Shown: positions 58,721 through 64,000 of the stretch, piece by piece | Layout: every line of letters starts with the position of its first letter | Position numbering within the stretch: the first letter of the stretch is position 1 | Source: Candidatus Bathyarchaeia archaeon | GTDB taxonomy: Archaea > Thermoproteota > Bathyarchaeia > Bathyarchaeales > Bathycorpusculaceae | Assembly: GCA_049512075.1 (NCBI GenBank) | Contig: JBEKXL010000010.1 | Span: 10,775-74,774, forward strand | Reading direction: 5' to 3' | Length of the DNA: 64,000 nt | Position numbers and translations under genes: made by a program | The notes under the pieces: generated by a model | What the model was told of the DNA's origin: nothing | The model's input: only the letters and a program-made list of their open reading frames with translations | Databases searched by the model: none

Positions 58721-58872
58721 AAGCTGGCGATATTGAAGCAGGACTTAACATCTCCCGCAATCCCCCTTTTTTTTCTAATGTGTTTTGGAAGAAGTGATGG
58801 GGGAAGGGCCAAAGCGTGGGCTCAGAAAACCCAAGTAAACCGAGAATTTAATTGTAGTTAGCGATAATGCTG

Positions 58873-58903
58873 TGGCGCCGCCGATAGGACTGGAACCTAT
58901 GAC
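58873..58903 (-). pseudogene. tRNA 3'-end fragment, Asn-like acceptor with CCA
   Basis: GTC-ATAGG-TTCCAGT-CCTAT-CGGCGGC-G-CCA. Confidence 0.7.
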
Positions 58904-58993
58904 AAATGGAGAGCGCGGCATGAGACGTCTCCCGCAAAAACCCCCCTTTTTCTCCTCTGTTCACACGTTCGTGCAAAGTCGTATCTTCTCGTA

Positions 58994-59043
58994 GCCCGCG
59001 CCAGGTTAGTTGGATAAAACTCTACCCTTTCTCTGGCGCGGGC
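58994..59043. repeat. GC-rich hairpin (11-bp perfect stem, 28-nt loop)
   Basis: GCCCGCGCCAG ... CTGGCGCGGGC. Confidence 0.8.
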
Positions 59044-59073
59044 GTCCAAACTAAACTAGCCCCCTCAAAGCAG

Positions 59074-59448
59074 TTACGTAGCCTTAAGTTTCTTCTCCTT
59101 GCTTACTAACTGCGGAACGGTCCAACCTTCTACAACCTTGCCATTGACTATGCGAAAGATTGTAACGGATGTTAATTCAATCTTCTTGCCAGTAAGAGCT
59201 GTTCCAGTAATTTTAAAACGAACCCACACTCTATCCTCTTCAGCGATTATGTCCCCAATAGTCCTATGGAAATCTGGAAAGCCCTTGAAAGCCCCAGTAT
59301 AAAACTGTTTGACATCTTCCCTGCCTCGAAGTTGATTGGTATGGTCAACATAATCTGGTGCCATGAACTCGTCTAGCATGGTTAGGTCTCTTTTGTTCAT
59401 GGCTTCAATCCCTTTGCGAAGGAGAGCCTTAATCTCTTCTAAAGACAT
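59074..59448 (-). CDS. SnoaL-like ester cyclase (NTF2 fold)
   Basis: APDYVDH, FPDF, IIAEEDRVWVR, RIVNGKVVE. Confidence 0.85.
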   Translation of the reverse strand: MSLEEIKALLRKGIEAMNKRDLTMLDEFMAPDYVDHTNQLRGREDVKQFYTGAFKGFPDFHRTIGDIIAEEDRVWVRFKITGTALTGKKIELTSVTIFRIVNGKVVEGWTVPQLVSKEKKLKAT

Positions 59449-59571
59449 AGAACAGCATCTTCCTCTGACATTTAGTTATGTTTGGTTCAGCCATAACTTC
59501 TCCGCAAAACCAAAAACTGGCTTAAAAGGACTGATAGAATATGCTTCTATCGTTTTTTCGATATTTCTAAA

Positions 59572-59895
59572 TTATGCAACCGTATTCCATATTGACTCCG
59601 TAAACGTTGTGTGGTCTATCAGCTTGTGGAATTCCGTGTGAATCTCCATCAGCTCTTTGTGTTTCATCATTCTTGCATTAACCTTGTCCAACTCTTCTAG
59701 GCTCTTGCATTCCCACATTTCAACATATGAGCCAGCTACTCCACCGTATTCTTGTTGGAAAAGCCGCCATGATTTCAGTCCTTCAAAAGCCGTCGGGTTC
59801 TCCTTTTTGAATCTGAGGAATCTTTTGACCAGTATCTGAAATTCTGTTCGCTTTTCGTATTTGACCACGTATGTCAAAACAAAGACGATATTCAT
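59572..59895 (-). CDS. Dimeric alpha-beta barrel (NIPSNAP/ABM-like) protein
   Basis: TYVVK.EKR.EF, YVEMWE.KSLEE. Confidence 0.6.
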   Translation of the reverse strand: MNIVFVLTYVVKYEKRTEFQILVKRFLRFKKENPTAFEGLKSWRLFQQEYGGVAGSYVEMWECKSLEELDKVNARMMKHKELMEIHTEFHKLIDHTTFTESIWNTVA

Positions 59896-59899
59896 GTTT

Positions 59900-60460
59900 C
59901 TATTCGCCTTCAGCGGTTTTTGTCAGTATTTTTGGTTCTTTCCATTCTTCTCTGAGGATACCATACACATAAACATCTCTCCATTCTCCCATGTTGAAGA
60001 TGGATTTGCGAATTGTTCCCTCCCTTTTGAATCCAACTTTTTCTAAAACCTTCTGGGAAGCTACATTTCTGAGGTCAGTATGAGCCTGAATACGGACTAT
60101 GTCTTTTGAAAGGAATAAGTAGTCCACCATAATCTTAGCAGCTTCAGAACAGTAGCCTTTACCTGTTTCACTTGGAACAACAAAATAACCTAATTCCAAC
60201 AGTTTCGCTGCAGGATGACCCATAGTGAAGTGCCAGATGTAGCCAATTTGGCTCCCATTCTTCTTCTCAATAATAAACTCCCCCTGTTCAAGACTACTTT
60301 TCTCATAACCCTTCTCTATCTCTGTTCTGGATAACTGTCGTAGAGGATTGTATTCACCAATGAACTCAGGCTTGTTAACCCATTCTGCAAAAAGTGGCAA
60401 GTCTTCTTTCTCCATAACCCTCAAATTCACAGTCTTGCCTTCAAGCAACCTGAACACCAA
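59900..60460 (-). CDS. RimJ/RimL-type GNAT acetyltransferase
   Basis: GKGYCSEA, RIQA, NVASQKVLEKVGF.REG. Confidence 0.9.
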   Translation of the reverse strand: MVFRLLEGKTVNLRVMEKEDLPLFAEWVNKPEFIGEYNPLRQLSRTEIEKGYEKSSLEQGEFIIEKKNGSQIGYIWHFTMGHPAAKLLELGYFVVPSETGKGYCSEAAKIMVDYLFLSKDIVRIQAHTDLRNVASQKVLEKVGFKREGTIRKSIFNMGEWRDVYVYGILREEWKEPKILTKTAEGE

Positions 60461-60520
60461 CCCACTATTTGAGTAAGTTCAGCTATAGCTTTTCCGCAAA
60501 ATCAATGACTGAACAGTGCC

Positions 60521-60648
60521 ATGTGTGCGTGTGTGTGAGTGTGTGTTTGTTTGTCTGTGTGACTGTCTGCCAACCTGAAATAGAGAGGGAAGGAAAGAAG
60601 AAAGGAAGTAAGTAGGGAAGTAAGGAGAGAGAGAGAAAGAGAAAGATA
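60521..60648. repeat. Low-complexity (TG)n-like tract followed by a purine-rich (GA) tract
   Basis: TGTGTGCGTGTGTGTGAGTGTGTGTTTG..., then AGAGGGAAGGAAAGAAG...GAGAGAGAGAGAAAGAGAAAG. Confidence 0.75.
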
Positions 60649-60699
60649 AAACTTTACCCCAACGAGCCAACATATTGAATTTGGGGGTTTTCAGATGCG

Positions 60700-61524
60700 T
60701 CAGGGAACTTTACCTATAGCAAGAAAGGTTAATCCCATGGCAAATGCGCCCAGATGGCTCACTGCAAGCTGTATTTCTCTCATCGCTTCTTCCCAATCTT
60801 CTGCTGTGGTTACGCCTTCTTTTATCAAGACTTTCTTGTCCTGCTCCACGATTTGAACTGGAACATAGACAAGCATCTTCAGTGCATCAGGATTCTGCTG
60901 AGTGGCATACATTGGAAGAGGATAGATTTTTACCGAATTCAAGCCAGCCTCTGAAAATATCGAGAAAAGCTGTCTGCCTATGTAACGGTCGTCCCCCCTA
61001 GCTTTTGCCCATTGACCAAACTTGGACCACAACTCGAAAAACCTTGGCGCCAGCGGAAACGAAAGCATTGCGCCATCATCTACGTCAGAAGCCGCAACAA
61101 TTCCTCCTTTCTCAGTAACTCTTTTCAACTCTGCGATCGTCTTCACTGGGCTGCTTACATGCATAAGCACCAGTCTGCAGTATGACAAATCGAAAGTCCC
61201 GTTCTCATACTTCAGATTGTCGATGTTGCCCAGTTCAAACCGTATGTTTTTTACGCCTTCCTTGGACGCTGACTTTTTTGCTTCATCAATGAATAAGGGA
61301 TCAACATCTACACCGCACGCTTCTTCTGGGAAAAGGCTCGAGGCCATTCTCCTCGTAACAGCGCCCGTTCCGCAACCAGCATCAAGAACCTTCATGTTTG
61401 GCTTTAAATCCAAGATTTCAAGTTCCTTCTCAATTATCTTTTCAAGCGCTTTGGCCTGCGCTTCGAGCCTAATTGCTTCTTCAAGTTTGCCAGCATATGC
61501 ATATTTACGTGGCTTGTCACTCAA
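60700..61524 (-). CDS. Class I SAM-dependent methyltransferase
   Basis: VLDAGCGTG, GVDVD, FDLSYCRLVLMHV, IGRQL. Confidence 0.9.
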   Translation of the reverse strand: MSDKPRKYAYAGKLEEAIRLEAQAKALEKIIEKELEILDLKPNMKVLDAGCGTGAVTRRMASSLFPEEACGVDVDPLFIDEAKKSASKEGVKNIRFELGNIDNLKYENGTFDLSYCRLVLMHVSSPVKTIAELKRVTEKGGIVAASDVDDGAMLSFPLAPRFFELWSKFGQWAKARGDDRYIGRQLFSIFSEAGLNSVKIYPLPMYATQQNPDALKMLVYVPVQIVEQDKKVLIKEGVTTAEDWEEAMREIQLAVSHLGAFAMGLTFLAIGKVP

Positions 61525-61613
61525 AGACTATTCCTCGAACAAACATGTCTTAGGTTGAAATATAGGCATTTTCATGCACCACTGGCATAGCCCGCACTGC
61601 CTTTTTGCTCGCG

Positions 61614-62468
61614 TTAGGTTTTGAAAACTACTTCTGTGCCCACGTGGCAGTCGTGTACTACTTCTGATCCAAATCTGCCTCTCAGCCGTCCAATGGCCTC
61701 TTTTCCGGTGCAATGATTCAAATACAGTTCCGGAGTTCCACACACATTTTCCAGAACGTCTCCTACGTGGTCAACATCCTCTTGCGAGTATTCCACCATG
61801 TGAGTGCCGCCGAATATAGCAATGATTCTGCGATTGAAGAGTCGTGTGGTACGGGCACACGTATTCAGCAATCCCACATGACAGCAACCAGTCACCAACA
61901 CTAATCCGTCTCTTGCTTGAAGAACCAGCGACAAATCGTCAATGACAGGATCCCATTCCCGCCGTCCATTAACCTTATGAAACGCACCTGTCACTATCCC
62001 CGGCTTCTCATGTCGTTCCGCAATCGGAATCTCTCCCGTCGTATGGAGGTTTGGAAGCACTTCAACTGAATCTTTAGTCAAATGGAATTCCGCTTTTTTG
62101 GTCAGTTCCCTACTAAGCTTTGGAAATCCCATTGAGATGTGAAACACGAATATCTTCGCTGATTTGGGCTCCATGGCGCTTGGGTGCGCAACGATCTGCA
62201 CTGGTTTCTGGGCTGTTCTCGCCTTGAGAAACGACTTCAATCCGCCTGTGTGATCCCTGTGACCGTGCGAAAGCACCAACTTATCGATGCAATTGGCATC
62301 CATTCCCAGTCGTTTCATATTATGCAGGAGTTTTCCGCCTTTCCACCCAGCATCAAGAAGAATCTGTTTGTCGCCAATTGCAATATGAAAGCATTCTCCG
62401 TGCCCACTTTTGAGGTGTTTCCCGGGCAAAACCTCGTTATCATAGATGTTCGTGATCTTGACGTCCAT
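61614..62468 (-). CDS. Metallo-beta-lactamase fold hydrolase (MJ0301-like)
   Basis: IYDN, LLDAG, LSHGHRDHTGG, TGCCHVG, GGTHM, NHCTG. Confidence 0.85.
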   Translation of the reverse strand: MDVKITNIYDNEVLPGKHLKSGHGECFHIAIGDKQILLDAGWKGGKLLHNMKRLGMDANCIDKLVLSHGHRDHTGGLKSFLKARTAQKPVQIVAHPSAMEPKSAKIFVFHISMGFPKLSRELTKKAEFHLTKDSVEVLPNLHTTGEIPIAERHEKPGIVTGAFHKVNGRREWDPVIDDLSLVLQARDGLVLVTGCCHVGLLNTCARTTRLFNRRIIAIFGGTHMVEYSQEDVDHVGDVLENVCGTPELYLNHCTGKEAIGRLRGRFGSEVVHDCHVGTEVVFKT

Positions 62469-62564
62469 TAATATCGCCTTGCACCATATCGATTCGTGTT
62501 TAGCCTCTGCATATTTAAGATAAGTGGTCAGCGCGCGCTTTCCATGCCTAATCTAAGCAATCTC

Positions 62565-62897
62565 TCACAACCATCCATGCTGAATCGTTGCAGGTGCAGG
62601 CGATGGCTTCTTCCGTTTCTCACTTTTCTTCTCTTTGAACTTGTGGATTTTAACAGAGCTATCTTCGAGCGCAACCCAATACCTGTTGTTCAGATGTTGA
62701 TGGTAGATGAATTTGTTCACCAGCCCCTTCAATTCTTGTGCGGACATTTTCTCGGAATCTACCAATAGATTATGGTCGTCAGAAGCAACCTCTTCATTGA
62801 GGTTCTTGCGCAAAAAATTGGAAAGCGGGTCCTTTCCGTCCTCCAACTCGCCACAATCCACTTTCAACTTCTTTCGTCCCGAGAACAAGCCGCTCAT
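62565..62897 (-). CDS. Putative eL22 (L22e)-like protein
   Basis: KVDC..L....LSNFLRKNL...QELKGLVNKFIYHQHL..YWV follows the eL22 pattern, judged by eye. Confidence 0.55.
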   Translation of the reverse strand: MSGLFSGRKKLKVDCGELEDGKDPLSNFLRKNLNEEVASDDHNLLVDSEKMSAQELKGLVNKFIYHQHLNNRYWVALEDSSVKIHKFKEKKSEKRKKPSPAPATIQHGWL

Positions 62898-63277
62898 TCT
62901 CCATTGTGGTAAGAGTTACATCTGCAAGAATGTATATGCTTTTTCTCTAAACATAAATCGTTACCTAAACTTCAAGCGCGCGATTTTTCTTACCACATTC
63001 AACAGTTCGAGCATTTTTCAACAGCCAAATGCTCCCCCTGGGGTCCTAATACCAGCGGATCCGCCACCCACCGAGCGAATATGTACCGTTGACTATTTCT
63101 ATTTCCCCCTTTTTTTCAGAAAGAAGCCTTCTGTTGATGCTTAGCGGCACGCTAGGGATGTTTGCAAGAAGTGACAAAGTAGGCAGCAGCCTTGCCTTCT
63201 CCTTTAATTGTTAGAAAATACCGCAGCCAGGAAAAGTTATAGCTGAACCGAAATAGACAGCTAGTGGGTGGTTAGAT

Positions 63278-63796
63278 TTGCTTGAAGGCAAGAATGTAAA
63301 TTTGAGGATAGCAGAGAAAGAGGATTTGCCTCTACTTCTTGAGTGGTTCAACAGCCCTGAATTCGCTGGAAGATACAATCCATTAGATGCACAGGAGTCT
63401 AAGGCAGATATTGAGAAACGATATGAAAAACTGGGCTCGGAAAAAGTGTGGTTTCTGATACTGAAAAAGGATGGAAACAGGATTGGTTTCCTGGGAATGG
63501 GTGTTATTGGAGGCTGTTGGGAGATAGGCTATGTTCTGATTCCTAGCGAAAGAGGTAAGGGCTACTGCACAGAAGCTGCCCAACTTGCGGTAGACTACTT
63601 GTTCATGTCTAAAGACATAGTCAGGATTCAGGCGGCAACCGACCCAGAGAACATGGTATCACAAAAGGTTCTGGAAAAGGCTGGTTTCCAGAGAGAAGGA
63701 AGAATACGAAAAGGGATGTTTGTCTATGGGAAATGGGCTGACCTCTATCTCTATGGCATTCTCAGAGAAGAATGGAAAGAACCAAAGAGTCGCTAA
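63278..63796 (+). CDS. RimJ/RimL-type GNAT acetyltransferase, paralogue of 59900..60460
   Basis: Shares LEGK.VNLR, VDYLF.SKDIVRIQA, YGILREEWKEPK. Confidence 0.9.
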   Translation: MLEGKNVNLRIAEKEDLPLLLEWFNSPEFAGRYNPLDAQESKADIEKRYEKLGSEKVWFLILKKDGNRIGFLGMGVIGGCWEIGYVLIPSERGKGYCTEAAQLAVDYLFMSKDIVRIQAATDPENMVSQKVLEKAGFQREGRIRKGMFVYGKWADLYLYGILREEWKEPKSR

Positions 63797-64000
63797 GAAA
63801 ACCATATTCAAGAAATCCTGAAAGCATAAACAAGAAACCAGTTTTCGAGTTCTAACGCACGCTAAGAGTATTAGCGCGCTGGCTTGTCCCTAAAATGGTC
63901 TAAAATGGTTTTTATTCTTCTTTTATCTATTGGAGCTTGATTTGGGCCTGGTTCGTAGGCAAATCCTGACCGCGCTGAAAGCCGGCAAATCACGGGGTTC

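Noticed and set aside
58693-58760. Complete tRNA-Sec or tmRNA (CTTCAA and GACGGGGGTTCAAATCCC on the minus strand)
   Set aside because: No anticodon or D stem can be formed.
1-64000. CRISPR array or cas genes
   Set aside because: No regularly spaced repeats with unique spacers and no Cas motifs; the repeated motifs are dispersed.
59000-64000. Integron
   Set aside because: No paired RYYYAAC/GTTRRRY attC sites and no IntI-type insertion recognised in the recombinases.

Overview
Archaeal chromosomal segment, probably Bathyarchaeia/TACK (inferred from archaellin, LonB, RIO1-KH, TrmI, a Fae domain and an eL22-like gene). It is rich in mobile DNA. (1) 1-~1650 is the end of a G/T-skewed rolling-circle element; its HUH Rep gene runs off the window edge and is missing from the ORF track. 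(2) ~5.5-24 kb is an island with two tyrosine recombinases, an operon of RHH, frameshifted ParB, a stand-alone Top6A/Spo11-like TOPRIM protein and an integrase, plus a 1092-aa surface protein. (3) 25-40.6 kb is mostly housekeeping and includes a DapA-family aldolase fused to formaldehyde-activating enzyme. (4) A ~1 kb ORF-free, CTAG-rich region near 41-42 kb has mini-ORB-like words. (5) 48321-55735 is a 7.4 kb element bounded by a 15-bp repeat of the 5' end of tRNA-His, preceded by the scar of an older sister element. (6) Two tRNA 3'-end fragments lie at 58.7-58.9 kb, followed by accessory enzyme genes. A 20-bp intergenic motif recurs four times, plus a half copy, and may be a recombination site. 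No CRISPR array or rRNA was seen. All calls are from manual motif reading, with no database searches.
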